A DNA stretch of 63,383 nucleotides, the filler included. It is 10 parts of 10 records of this genome, joined end to end, with 100 filler letters (N's around TTAATTAATTAA, not from the genome) between each part and the next. Parts side by side here need not be neighbours in the genome. Positions count along the whole stretch, not along the records: positions 40,347 to 45,411 come from SRR31147125_245883; positions 45,512 to 51,046 come from SRR31147125_246837; positions 51,147 to 56,939 come from SRR31147125_249971; 7 more parts are not named here. One strand, 5' to 3'. Position numbers and translations under genes: made by a program. Below, in pieces: positions 41,658-51,801 of this stretch (positions are counted from its first letter, which is position 1; each line of letters begins with the position of its first letter). The notes below the pieces were generated by a model. That model had not been told where the DNA came from and made no database searches. It saw only the letters and a list, made by a program, of their open reading frames with translations.

Positions 41658-42914
41658 TTATTTTCTTTTGATCGTTACCGTCACCGTATCCACACCCGAC
41701 GAAAAACTCTTTACATCAAACCCATCGGGAATCTGATATTGAATGTTCAACGTATATGTGCCCACTTCAAACCCTTCCAAATCGATAAACGGTACAATAT
41801 CGGACCTTTGCAGCTGCGACAGCTGCGATAGCCCCGCAACAACCGTCACCTCAATCTTCGAAGTGTCAATCGTCACTTCCCTATTGTCCGGTATGTTTTT
41901 TATCATAACCTCGATATCGTTGTACTGAACAACGTCTGTGATCTCGCGAATACTAATGAATACCTGCGCTTTTTCTGTGGTCAACAGTGTGACACCCTCG
42001 GGCAGTTCATAATCGAGCGGCAAGACAATGTCTTCGCTGGCACCGCTGATGCTGGTTGCAACAAGCGACAGCACGCTGATACCATCGAGCACCGACTGTT
42101 CACCGACGATGTCGACCCGTTCCGGCTCAGCAACGATGTCCGCTATCTCATATCCCGGCGCAAGGCTGTCCATGCCAAGGATCGACCCCGTCGCATCCAC
42201 GGGAACTGACTTCATCGGCAGAATAACAAGGTCTACGATAACGCTGGGAAGGTCTCCCGCAAACAATGTCTCATCCACCGTTTCTCCGCCGATACCCAAA
42301 AGATCTACGTTAATGCTCTTGTTATACCCTTCTTTCAGGCCGCTAAGGTCGATCTGGCAAATACCGCTTGCCACCGTTTCCACATCGACGCGCGCACCCG
42401 ATACGCTGATTACGCCGGGCGAAATCTCGGGCGCATCCGCATGGTATCCGCTCGGCACGCTGCCAACGATATCGATAGCAACGGGCACAGCTTTTGTAAC
42501 ATAATCGTCCACATAGACCGTAACCTTAGACGGCGACACCTCAAGCACCTCGCCGTACGTCGTCTCGGCGATAATTTTCAGCGGTTGCTCCCCCGTCCCG
42601 TTGATGGTCGACAGGTCGATATATGCAGAGACATTCTCGGCGCTCAAATACCGCACTTCGTTTTGATTGACCTCGACCCTGACATCCACTTGGTCAAGTA
42701 CATCCGACAAACTTTCAGAGATGGCAAGATCCTTTGCCCTCAGCTCTTCCGTGTGCTCATATCTCACAGCAACATTGCTTACCATCCGCTCTCTTGGCGG
42801 GTTCGTCTCAGATAATACAAAGCTCCACAATATAAGCGCAAAAAGAACCGCCATGATCTTCAGCAAAAGGTTGTTGCGAAACACGCCCCACAGCGCGGTA
42901 AAAAACTTCTTCAC
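41658..42914 (-). CDS. cdaR: CdaR/YbbR-domain regulator of diadenylate cyclase
   Basis: N-terminal TM (KIMAVLFALILWSFV), YbbR-like repeats, coupled to cdaA. Confidence 0.88.
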   Translation of the reverse strand: MKKFFTALWGVFRNNLLLKIMAVLFALILWSFVLSETNPPRERMVSNVAVRYEHTEELRAKDLAISESLSDVLDQVDVRVEVNQNEVRYLSAENVSAYIDLSTINGTGEQPLKIIAETTYGEVLEVSPSKVTVYVDDYVTKAVPVAIDIVGSVPSGYHADAPEISPGVISVSGARVDVETVASGICQIDLSGLKEGYNKSINVDLLGIGGETVDETLFAGDLPSVIVDLVILPMKSVPVDATGSILGMDSLAPGYEIADIVAEPERVDIVGEQSVLDGISVLSLVATSISGASEDIVLPLDYELPEGVTLLTTEKAQVFISIREITDVVQYNDIEVMIKNIPDNREVTIDTSKIEVTVVAGLSQLSQLQRSDIVPFIDLEGFEVGTYTLNIQYQIPDGFDVKSFSSGVDTVTVTIKRK

Positions 42915-43744
42915 TGCGACTCACGCCCCTTTCGCTTGATCCTGATACTTCGGCTTTTTGTCGTTTGCTTAATCATGAATATCTCTTCAAGCAGGTCTTT
43001 TAACGCTTTCGCATCAAGATACCGTATCAAGCTGCCATCCTGCGCCACAGAAATCACGCCCGTCTCTTCAGATACGATAAGCGTCACGCTGTCAGATATT
43101 TCGGATACACCAAGCGCCGCCCTGTGCCGCGTGCCAAGCTCTTGCCCAACCTGTTTGTTGTCGCTCAGCGGAAGAAAACACCCGGCCGCTTCAATACGGT
43201 CTTCGCGGACAATGACCGCGCCGTCGTGCAGCGGCGAGTTGACAAAGAACAGGTTCTCTAGCAGCTCCGACGATATCTCCGCGCTTAAGCGTGTGCCGCT
43301 TTCGATCACGTCTTTCAGTCCTGTCTTTTTTTCAAACACAATGAGAGCGCCGATGCGTTTTTTCGATAGGCTCAGCACTGCGTGTAATATTTGATCTACT
43401 TTTTCCTGTGCATATGTGGCTTGAGATGATATAAGATCGATTCGCCCTCGGCCGATCTTTGCAAGTGCGCGGCGAAGCTCTGGCTGAAAGATAATCACGA
43501 TCAACAAAGCACCGGCGGTCAACACATAGTTTAGAAGCCATGTGATCCCTACCAGATGAAGAAAATCGGTCACCCATGTGGCCAGCAATATGACCCCAAG
43601 ACCCTTAAGGACCTGCATCGCACGGGTTTTGGACGTAAGTTTGAGCAGCCAGTATATGACAACAGCTAGTATCACGATGTCAATCACATCAATCCAGCCA
43701 AAGTCTGAAACACTGCTTCTTATTGAATTGAATATTTGTTCCAA
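42911..43744 (-). CDS. cdaA: diadenylate cyclase CdaA
   Basis: 3 TM, FQPELRRAL, PLHDGA, GTRHRAALG, VSEETG; TTG start. Confidence 0.96.
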   Translation of the reverse strand: MEQIFNSIRSSVSDFGWIDVIDIVILAVVIYWLLKLTSKTRAMQVLKGLGVILLATWVTDFLHLVGITWLLNYVLTAGALLIVIIFQPELRRALAKIGRGRIDLISSQATYAQEKVDQILHAVLSLSKKRIGALIVFEKKTGLKDVIESGTRLSAEISSELLENLFFVNSPLHDGAVIVREDRIEAAGCFLPLSDNKQVGQELGTRHRAALGVSEISDSVTLIVSEETGVISVAQDGSLIRYLDAKALKDLLEEIFMIKQTTKSRSIRIKRKGRESQ

Positions 43745-43902
43745 AACTTATACACCCTTTATTCGTTTTTCACATTCACCAATAACACTGATAAGATATA
43801 TGTATATTATTATCGTATATTCATTATTATAAACGATAACGCCCAAAAATCCTACTGTAAAATAAAAATAATGATTTCAGGATACCGATGCCCTTGCCAT
43901 TG

Positions 43903-43931
43903 TTGAGATATACACTGTTATACGTTATAAT
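43903..43931 (+). promoter_or_regulatory. sigma-A promoter of the UDG pair
   Basis: TTGAGA-17 nt-TATAAT, 6 nt before ATG 43938. Confidence 0.72.
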
Positions 43932-43937
43932 ATCGAC

Positions 43938-44507
43938 ATGTATACGAGCATGAAAAAATTGAGCGACGATGTTAAAAAATGCAACAAATGCGGATTGCAC
44001 GAAACGCGCACGCACACCGTGTTCGGCGAAGGGCCGGCCACTGCGCGCATCATGCTGATCGGCGAAGGCCCGGGCCGCGACGAGGATGCTATCGGCCGCC
44101 CGTTCGTTGGTCGTGCGGGTCAGCTGCTAGACAAGATGCTGGCGTCTATCGATCTCTCGCGCAACGATGTGTATATCGCCAACATCCTCAAATGCCGGCC
44201 GCCCGGCAACCGCGACCCACAGCCCAGCGAAGCCATGGCGTGCATCGGATACCTTCGGGCGCAGGTCGCGATGATCAAACCACCGATACTCGTGTGTCTT
44301 GGGCGCATAGCCGCCGGTTATATCCTCGGTCAGGATGTACGCATCACACGCGACCGCGGCATCTGGCACGAGGTCAAGGGCTTTTCCATCATGCCGACAT
44401 ACCATCCCGCCGCGCTGCTGCGAAACGAAGCGTGGAAGAGGGAAGCGTACAAAGACCTTCTGGCAATACGCGCTAAATACGACACTCTTGGAGACAGCGA
44501 TGCTTGA
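43938..44507 (+). CDS. family-4 uracil-DNA glycosylase, [4Fe-4S] type
   Basis: [27 protein letters not shown]...C, YHPAALLR. Confidence 0.93.
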   Translation: MYTSMKKLSDDVKKCNKCGLHETRTHTVFGEGPATARIMLIGEGPGRDEDAIGRPFVGRAGQLLDKMLASIDLSRNDVYIANILKCRPPGNRDPQPSEAMACIGYLRAQVAMIKPPILVCLGRIAAGYILGQDVRITRDRGIWHEVKGFSIMPTYHPAALLRNEAWKREAYKDLLAIRAKYDTLGDSDA

Positions 44508-45084
44508 CTTGATCTATAACGATATGCTGGCCGCGGCACAGGCTTTCGGCAAAAGCGATACCGACATGGTTTTCGGCGACGGCGACACAGCCGCAAACAT
44601 TGTGCTGATCGGCGAAGCGCCCGGCGCAGAAGAAACGAAACAACAGCGTCCGTTCGTCGGTAAAGCAGGCAAAAATCTGAACGAGTTTCTGCGCATCATC
44701 GGTCAAAAACGCCGCGATATCTACATCACCAACGTCGTCAAGTTCCGCCCATACAAAGTCAGCGCCAAAGGCACGCTTTCAAACCGCCCGCCAAAGCGCG
44801 ACGAGATCGCGTGCATGCGTCCGCATCTGCTGCGCGAAATAGAAACGGTGGCACCAAAGCTCATCGTCACACTCGGCAACGTGCCGCTAAAATGCGTGCT
44901 CAGCGACAACAAAGCTACGATCGGCGCGTGCCACGCCCAGCCGACACCCGCTTCTGCGCGCTCGCATACGTTCACGCTGTTTCCGCTATACCATCCCGCC
45001 AGCATCATATATAACCGTGCGCTGGGCGACGTCTACCAGCAAGATCTTATCGTGCTGAAACAGTTTATCGCGACCAACATCTGA
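44500..45084 (+). CDS. family-4-like uracil-DNA glycosylase lacking most Fe-S cysteines
   Basis: IGEAPG, PFVGKAG, NVVKFRP, YHPASIIY; GGAG SD; overlaps the previous gene by 8 nt. Confidence 0.88.
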   Translation: MLDLIYNDMLAAAQAFGKSDTDMVFGDGDTAANIVLIGEAPGAEETKQQRPFVGKAGKNLNEFLRIIGQKRRDIYITNVVKFRPYKVSAKGTLSNRPPKRDEIACMRPHLLREIETVAPKLIVTLGNVPLKCVLSDNKATIGACHAQPTPASARSHTFTLFPLYHPASIIYNRALGDVYQQDLIVLKQFIATNI

Positions 45085-45260
45085 CCCTCGTCCCGCCATT
45101 CGCCTCTCCCCTTCCCATTATGCTTTATAATTTCATTGATATTCAAATTGAATACCTCAGCGCGTATTTTATCGCAATTTCTTTGTATTGCACAAGAATC
45201 GTGTTTGAAACGCTGCCAAATTGTTGATATATATGCAAGAAGAGAGCTGAGGTACGTCCA

Positions 45261-45411
45261 TTGAAGAAACTATTACTGATATTTGTATTCGTCATTGCTG
45301 CCATTGCGGCGATGTTTCCGTTCGGCACAGCCCATGCTGCCGACACATATTTTGAAGAAGCCACCGTCATAGCCGAGGACGTCAATCTGCTCCTTCGGCC
45401 AACCGTAGACA
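45261..45411 (+). CDS. secreted protein (signal peptide, possible SH3b start), 3' truncated
   Basis: GAGG SD, TTG start, MKKLLLIFVFV...AHA cleavage site, VNL..RP. Confidence 0.6.
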
Positions 45412-45536
45412 NNNNNNNNNNNNNNNNNNNNNNNNNNNNNNNNNNNNNNNNNNNNTTAATTAATTAANNNNNNNNNNNNNNNNNNNNNNNNNNNNNNNNN
45501 NNNNNNNNNNNCCTCGAACAGGAAGGAAAGTAAACC

Positions 45537-46298
45537 ATGCTTGACGTTCTCCTTCACGGTGTCACCAAGTATCCTCTGGTGACGGCATTCGTGGTTGTCG
45601 GCATCATCATGTATGTCGCCGGCATCATCTCCAAGGTTCTTGGTGGTCGCGTTCACTCTTCGGCTATCGCCATCGTGATGGGCCTCGCCCTCGCTTACTT
45701 CGGCGGCAAGTACTCCGGTGGCAAGCACGGTCTGGCTGACGTGGGTCTCTTCTCGGGCCTCGGCCTGATGGGCGGCAGCGTCTTCCGTGACTTCGCCATC
45801 GTGTCGACCGCGTTCGGTGCCAAGCTCGAAGAGCTGAAGAAGGCCGGCGTTCCGGGTGTCGTTTCCCTGTTCGTCTCGGTTGCCGTTTCCATGATCATCG
45901 GTGGTGCTGCGGCTATTGCCTTCGGCTACACCGATCCGGTTGAAATCACCACGATCGGCGCTGGCGCCGTGACCTTCATCGTCGGCCCCGTCACCGGCAA
46001 CGCCTTGGGCGCTTCCTCGGAAGTCATCGCCCTGTCGGTTGCCGCTGGTGTGGTGAAGTCGATCACGGTTATGGTCACCACTCCGTTCCTTGCCAAGGCT
46101 GCTGGCCTTGACAATCCGGCTGCTGCCTGCGTGTACGGCGGTCTGATGGGTTCCACGTCCGGTGTGGCCGCTGGCCTTGCCGCGACCGACGCCCGTCTGG
46201 TCCCCTACGGCGCGCTGACCGCCACCTTCTACACTGGCCTCGGCTGCCTGCTGTGCCCGTCGGTTGGTTACATGGTCGTCCTCTCACTGTTCGGCTAA
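45537..46298 (+). CDS. madM: malonate transporter subunit MadM
   Basis: GRVHSSAIAIVMGL, GGKHGLAD, MGGSVFRDFAIV, LVPYGALTATFYTGLGCL. Confidence 0.9.
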   Translation: MLDVLLHGVTKYPLVTAFVVVGIIMYVAGIISKVLGGRVHSSAIAIVMGLALAYFGGKYSGGKHGLADVGLFSGLGLMGGSVFRDFAIVSTAFGAKLEELKKAGVPGVVSLFVSVAVSMIIGGAAAIAFGYTDPVEITTIGAGAVTFIVGPVTGNALGASSEVIALSVAAGVVKSITVMVTTPFLAKAAGLDNPAAACVYGGLMGSTSGVAAGLAATDARLVPYGALTATFYTGLGCLLCPSVGYMVVLSLFG

Positions 46299-46447
46299 CC
46301 TTTAGCGAGGGCCAAACAGCAAGAGGACTTTTGCAGGGATGATGCAGTACTCCCACACTGCAAATGTCTCAGCAGAAGTCGGTCAAAAAGAGGCAAGTTT
46401 GCAACGATTGGATGAACCCAGTTGTAAAGTTAGGTAGCTTGTTCTGC

Positions 46448-46486
46448 AGCCGCCGGCAGGGCCCGAACAGGGGCTTGCCGGCGGCT
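46448..46486. repeat. GC-rich inverted repeat upstream of bioM
   Basis: AGCCGCCGGCAGGGCCC / GGGGCTTGCCGGCGGCT. Confidence 0.7.
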
Positions 46487-46511
46487 TCAACATTCTTCAG
46501 GAAGCCTTTTG

Positions 46512-47192
46512 ATGACGACAATTGAAGTCCGCGATGTTCATATGACGTTCGACGCCTTCGAGGCGCTCAAAGGCATCGACCTGACCCTGGCGGAAAAGAG
46601 AATTGGCATCGTCGGCTCGAACGGATCGGGCAAGAGCACCTTCGCCAGATTGCTGAACGGGCTTCTGGTGCCCACGTCGGGCAAGGTTCTCGTCGACGGG
46701 CTCGACACTGCGAAAGACGGCAAGGCTGTGCGTCGCAAGATCGGCTTCGTCTTTCAAAACCCCGACAATCAGATCGTCTTCCCCATTGTCGAAGAGGATG
46801 TGGCCTTCGGCCTGAAGGGATTGAAGCTGCCCGCGGCACAACGCGGCGCGCTCGTGGAAGAGGTTCTTGACCGCTACAATCTCGGTCCCTTCCGCTACCA
46901 TCCCTCGCACGCGCTCTCCGGCGGACAGAAACAGTTGCTGGCGCTGGCCGGAGTGCTTATCACGCGTCCCGATTGTGTGGTCTTCGATGAACCCACGACG
47001 CTGCTGGACCTGCGCAATGCGCGCAGGGTCGCCAACGTGATCAGGGAGCTGGAAGAAACCGTTATTATCGTCTCCCATGACCTGAAGCTGCTTGAGGACT
47101 TCGATCGCGTGATCGTCTTCGATCATGGCAAGGTGATTGCGGACGACGAGCCGGGCCCGGCGCTGGCCCATTATGTGGAGCGTATGACATGA
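46512..47192 (+). CDS. bioM: ECF transporter ATPase BioM
   Basis: [31 protein letters not shown]. Confidence 0.9.
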   Translation: MTTIEVRDVHMTFDAFEALKGIDLTLAEKRIGIVGSNGSGKSTFARLLNGLLVPTSGKVLVDGLDTAKDGKAVRRKIGFVFQNPDNQIVFPIVEEDVAFGLKGLKLPAAQRGALVEEVLDRYNLGPFRYHPSHALSGGQKQLLALAGVLITRPDCVVFDEPTTLLDLRNARRVANVIRELEETVIIVSHDLKLLEDFDRVIVFDHGKVIADDEPGPALAHYVERMT

Positions 47193-47890
47193 TGGCCGGA
47201 CGCGATCCCGCGACGGTGTCGCTCATTCATCGCATTGGCGCAGGTCCGAAACTGGCGACGCTTGCGGTCGCCGGCACCGTGCTTGTGATCGTCGGGCAAT
47301 GGTGGTGGCTGGCTCTGGCGCTTGCTGTCATTCTGGCTTTGTACCGTTTCGCCGGGATGAGCTTTGCTCAAGGCTACAAGCAGATCCGCCCGCTTCTGTG
47401 GATTCTGGTCATCCTGTTCGCATTTCAGGTGTATTGGGTCTCCTGGGAATATGCTGCGCTTGTCGTGCTCCGCATTGCGGCGCTGGTGCTGTTGGCGGCT
47501 CTGGTCACCCTGACCACACGGACCGATGCCCTGATCTCGGCAATCGAGACCGGCCTTCGTCCTTTCAGGCCGCTTGGCGTGGATCCGGCAAAAGTCGGAC
47601 TGGCTTTTTCGCTGTCGCTACGTTTCATTCCGGTGATCGGAGCGCAGGCCACCGAAATCCGCGATGCCCAGCGGGCGCGGGGGCTGGGATCGAATCCCAT
47701 AGCTCTGGCGCTGCCACTCGTCCTGCGCACCTTGCGCATGGCCGGTGATGTCGCTGATGCAATCGAAGCGCGTTCACCTTACAACGATGACGATGAACTG
47801 CCTCCGCGGTTTGCCGTCGACGTTGAAAAATCCCATGCGAGGAAATCATGTCAGGACAACGAAGCTCCACTCGGGACATCGTCTATATAG
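47189..47890 (+). CDS. bioN: ECF transporter T component BioN
   Basis: LRFIPVI, AQRARG, AIEAR motifs. Confidence 0.88.
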   Translation: MMAGRDPATVSLIHRIGAGPKLATLAVAGTVLVIVGQWWWLALALAVILALYRFAGMSFAQGYKQIRPLLWILVILFAFQVYWVSWEYAALVVLRIAALVLLAALVTLTTRTDALISAIETGLRPFRPLGVDPAKVGLAFSLSLRFIPVIGAQATEIRDAQRARGLGSNPIALALPLVLRTLRMAGDVADAIEARSPYNDDDELPPRFAVDVEKSHARKSCQDNEAPLGTSSI

Positions 47891-48423
47891 CTCTCTTCGC
47901 CGCGTTGACGGCGGCTCTGGGTCTCTTTCCGCCCATTCCGATCGCCTTTCTGGGCGGCGTTTCGGTGACGGCCCAATCCATCGGCCTCATGCTTGCCGGT
48001 GCAATTCTTGGCGGTCGGCGCGGCGCCTTGTCCATGCTGCTGGTCGTGGCGCTTGTCGCAGTCGGCCTGCCGCTTCTGGCGGGCGGTCGCGGCGGTCTCG
48101 GCGTCTTCGCAGGGCCGACAGCCGGTTATCTCGTGGGCTGGGTACCCGCGGCCTACGTCGTCGGCAAGCTGCATGAATGGGCCTGGAACCGCCTGAACGT
48201 CGTGACGTCGTTCATCTTCTGCGCAATTGGCGGCATCATCGTGCTCTACGCGATCGGCATTCCCTGGACGGCCATCAATATCGGCGCGCCTTTCCTCAAG
48301 GTCGCGATGGCCTCTTCGGTCTTCGTGATCGGAGACGTGATCAAGGCGGGCATTGCTGCGGTGATCGCGGTTGCGATCAAGCGTGCCTATCCGCTGATCG
48401 AGCGACGCGCCGCGGCTTCCTGA
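47848..48423 (+). CDS. bioY: biotin transporter S component BioY
   Basis: [40 protein letters not shown]. Confidence 0.93.
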   Translation: MSGQRSSTRDIVYIALFAALTAALGLFPPIPIAFLGGVSVTAQSIGLMLAGAILGGRRGALSMLLVVALVAVGLPLLAGGRGGLGVFAGPTAGYLVGWVPAAYVVGKLHEWAWNRLNVVTSFIFCAIGGIIVLYAIGIPWTAINIGAPFLKVAMASSVFVIGDVIKAGIAAVIAVAIKRAYPLIERRAAAS

Positions 48424-48472
48424 CGGCGTCGCGCAAGCTGACGAATTGCTGAAATGACGGTTGCGGCCGGTC

Positions 48473-48826
48473 TTATCCGAGATAGATGAGGCCGGCCGTA
48501 ACGAATCCCGCCAGACCGATAATGGTCGGCAGAATGGTGCCGCCCCGCCAGACCGCGATCAGAAACGCCACGATCACGCATGCGATGGCGATGGCCGAAC
48601 CGATGGTCGGCTGCGTCTCGAACAGGTTGCCGCCGGAACGCAGTGCCGACGTGGCGACGATGCCGCCGAGAATCCCGTAGCCCGCACGATCGAAGAACTC
48701 GCGGATCTTTTCCCCGCCCATACGGTTGCGAGCAACCAGCGGAATGATGCGCAGGAGCAGCGTTCCAAGCGCTGCGCCGCCCGCTACGGCCCAAAGCTGC
48801 CAGTCGGTGAAGAGGGCGCTAAGCAT
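48473..48826 (-). CDS. AzlD-like small membrane protein
   Basis: GTLLLRIIP motif, 3-4 TM, coupled to the AzlC-like gene. Confidence 0.72.
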   Translation of the reverse strand: MLSALFTDWQLWAVAGGAALGTLLLRIIPLVARNRMGGEKIREFFDRAGYGILGGIVATSALRSGGNLFETQPTIGSAIAIACVIVAFLIAVWRGGTILPTIIGLAGFVTAGLIYLG

Positions 48827-49565
48827 CGACGTCTTTCCTCTCCAGGAGCATGCTGAGGCCCGCGACGATCAACGGCAGCACGAGCAGGGCGTAGGAACCC
48901 AGTTCGATCGCGGCCAGCGGCACGAGGACGGCCCCGAAGGCGGCATTCACCATCAGGCTGCGCATCTTCTTCTGGCGGGCGATGAGCGTCGCGAAATAGA
49001 TAGGGATCATCGCGCCCAGCGTTGCGCCCACGATGACCGGCACGGACGCGGCGAGCTGATGCCCGGCGACGGCGCCGATGATCGCGGAGATGGAGCACAG
49101 GGCTCCCACGATGCCGCAATAGAGCGCCGGGCGCGGCGGGCGGTCTTCCATGAGTTTCGGCAGGATGACCGCAAAGGAGCTTGCGGAAAGGAAGCCGACG
49201 CTTCCCATCGCCCTCATGAAGCTCATGCTGGGCAGGCGTCCGAGCACAGACGCCACCATGATGATGAAGCGCAGATTGATGATGACGACAGCGATCACCG
49301 CCGCGATCCACGCACCGGCACGCGCGCCGTCACTCTGCAGGATCTGCATCGCCGCAGTCTGCGCCGGAGCGGCGACTGTCAGGCTGGTCATGAGCGCGGT
49401 CTGAAGTGCGTTCAGCCCGGCCTCGGCGCTGATCTGGCCGACACCCATGAACATGATGAGAAAGGTGATGATGACGACCGCGGCATCGCGCACTGCGATG
49501 GTGAACACGGTCGCGACCGACGCTGCTGGCTCGTCAGCCTCGTGCGAATCTGAAGGGCTACTCAT
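48819..49565 (-). CDS. AzlC-family amino-acid exporter
   Basis: AGLNALQ..MTS...AQ, INLRF, AIIGAVAG; multi-TM. Confidence 0.78.
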   Translation of the reverse strand: MSSPSDSHEADEPAASVATVFTIAVRDAAVVIITFLIMFMGVGQISAEAGLNALQTALMTSLTVAAPAQTAAMQILQSDGARAGAWIAAVIAVVIINLRFIIMVASVLGRLPSMSFMRAMGSVGFLSASSFAVILPKLMEDRPPRPALYCGIVGALCSISAIIGAVAGHQLAASVPVIVGATLGAMIPIYFATLIARQKKMRSLMVNAAFGAVLVPLAAIELGSYALLVLPLIVAGLSMLLERKDVDA

Positions 49566-50114
49566 GTCGCTTATTGAATTTGTACGATGCCAAGAAATGC
49601 GAGTTGGCCTTCTTATTGGTATCTCGCTTTACTGTCAATTCGTGACTTAAGACGATAGTGAAAACTAACGCTGAGATATTCTTTCTATTTTCACTGCACG
49701 TATAAATAAGAATTAATCGGCGGCCAGAAGTGTCCTTCATCGAGCGTGGAGAACTGGAACAACAGGCGGACGTCGGACGCCGTGCCGTCTCTTGGGTCGA
49801 CGGGTGAAAATCGCCGGGCAGACTGGATTGTTTCTCGGTGCTTCGCAGAAATGCGCAAGAGGGAGGTGCCGTCAGGGGGCGGCAACCCTGCGGCAGGAAG
49901 CGGAAAGACCTGTCGCGCAGAGTTTGACGCCTCGGGCTCGCGCGCGCTGAGCAGGCGCAGGCACCGGCTCTGTCTTGCAAAAGAGATGATGAATTCAGTG
50001 GGGAACGGCGAATAAATCGGCCTACGTGTGCAAATGCTTCGCGTTGGTGGAACGCACGAACCGGGGACGACAGGGAAGGAGGGAGACAGGAGGCATCCGG
50101 GTGCCTGCGTCATT

Positions 50115-50173
50115 CAACGCAGCGTTCGTGCGGGCAACGCAGCGTTCGTGCAGGCAACGCAGCGTTCGTGCGG
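50115..50173. repeat. 20-bp tandem repeat x3
   Basis: CAACGCAGCGTTCGTGCRGG units at 50115, 50135, 50155. Confidence 0.9.
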
Positions 50174-50301
50174 AAGTGCGCCTGAGCGCGCCCGTCGCCG
50201 GATGCGGTCCGTGTGACGGGCTGAAATCGGAATGCGTGCATATGGACACAGGCCAAGTGCAGCCCGGCGGACAAGCAAACGGATCATGTTCGGGAAAGAG
50301 A

Positions 50302-50376
50302 TGGCTCCCCGGGCCGGATTCGAACCAGCGACCAAGCGATTAACAGTCGCTTGCTCTACCACTGAGCTACCGGGGA
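50302..50376 (-). tRNA. tRNA-Asn(GTT)
   Basis: TCCCCGGTAGCTCAGTGGTAGAGCAAGCGACTGTTAATCGCTTGGTCGCTGGTTCGAATCCGGCCCGGGGAGCCA cloverleaf with encoded CCA. Confidence 0.97.
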
Positions 50377-50852
50377 GCAGGTCAGTCGCGCTGTCTGCGC
50401 GTCGACGGGAGAGGCTATAACAACGCCGATTGCGCTTGCCAAGTCCCGTGGAGCAAAAAATGTGTATGAGTGAACGCATTCCTTCCCCATCCGCGCCTCT
50501 CGCGACCCGTTCAAGCGTCTTTGCCCCGGCAGAAATGCCAGCATTATTGGCATATCGGGCGGGGTTGCCCCGTTGTCCCGGAACAGTCTTCCACAGCCTC
50601 CCGAAATACGGCCCGTGACGCGTGCGAGTGCTTTGACGGCTCAGATACAGGGCGCGAGCACCCGGTTCATCGGCGAATTGTCTCGACAAGAATCCCCAGC
50701 AGACAGAAATCCGCGCACGGCGTGACAGAGCCTTCAGGCTTTTTTCAAGGTGCTGCTTGCGTCGGGTGGCATTCTTGTCGTGGGATGGAACGAAGCGTGG
50801 TCATGCCGGTTCACTCCGGATGGGCCCTTTATATCCAACGGACAGACGGGGG

Positions 50853-51046
50853 ATGCCCATGGCGGCCCTTTTCAATCACGGGAACCGGACGCTGACCCCG
50901 GCCCACGCCAGAACCACGACACGCTACGAAGTCGTCCGCACTGGAATCGAATTCGGGGCCGCGATTGCGTTCATCCTCGGCAGCATCTTCTTTTTCTATG
51001 AATCTCTCCAGTACGCCGGGACCTGGCTGTTTCTGATCGGCTCGAT
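50853..51046 (+). CDS. YrhK-family membrane protein, 3' truncated
   Basis: YEVVRTGIEFGAAIAFILGSIFFF...GTWLFLIGS. Confidence 0.78.
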
Positions 51047-51146
51047 NNNNNNNNNNNNNNNNNNNNNNNNNNNNNNNNNNNNNNNNNNNNTTAATTAATT
51101 AANNNNNNNNNNNNNNNNNNNNNNNNNNNNNNNNNNNNNNNNNNNN

Positions 51147-51715
51147 TTTTTCTGATCCGGTATTTTAACGCGCCGGAGGAGACGCCGCCCCGGGAGATGG
51201 TATCGGCAGCTCAAACCACCGATCAGGGGGAGGAACCCGTCGAAGCGCCGCTGCCTTCCGAGACCAAAAGCACAGATTCTGAAGAGATAGCACATCGGGA
51301 TGAGGAAATACCGGAGGTTGAGACGGTTTTGACTCAGGCGGATATACCCGCAACTGTTACAGAAGAGGAATCGGTGAAGGTGGGAGCCCCCGAGACTTTG
51401 CCACAAGCCCCTATTCCAGATGCCCAGGAAGCTGCGACAGCTCCGCAAGAGACAATCACAACGGAATCCGCACCAGCTGTGGAAGAGATGGTGCTCGATA
51501 TTACTGCGATAGAACGCACCTGGCTCAGGGTCACTATCGACCAGGAGAGAACCAAAGAGGTTACCATCGATCCCCAGGATAAAATAACGCTTAAGGCTCA
51601 AAAGCAATTTGAGCTCTTTATCGGTAACGCCGGCGGCATTAAGCTCGAGCTTGACGGTAAAGCGGTTGATGTCCCGGGTGGGAGCGGTAAAGTTGCCAAG
51701 ATGAGATTGCCTTGA
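51147..51715 (+). CDS. RodZ-like protein C-terminus (DUF4115), 5' truncated
   Basis: Acidic Pro/Thr linker then ERTWLRVTID...FIGNAGGIKLELDGK. Confidence 0.8.
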
Positions 51716-51801
51716 GTGTTAAAAACAGATGGTGTACAGCACCGCCGGGCAAGCGCTGAGGGCTTGCCGTTGATATTGCATCCAAGCTCGGTATCACCCC
51801 C

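Noticed and set aside
45085-45260. c-di-AMP (ydaO) riboswitch near cdaA, upstream of a secreted protein
   Set aside because: No recognisable ydaO consensus; the region looks like an AT-rich promoter.
47848-47890. 43-nt bioN/bioY overlap as a BioN-BioY fusion
   Set aside because: bioY has its own GAGG SD and ATG; there is no evidence for fusion without reads.
50115-50173. Mini-CRISPR array
   Set aside because: Units are head-to-tail with no unique spacers and there are no cas genes.
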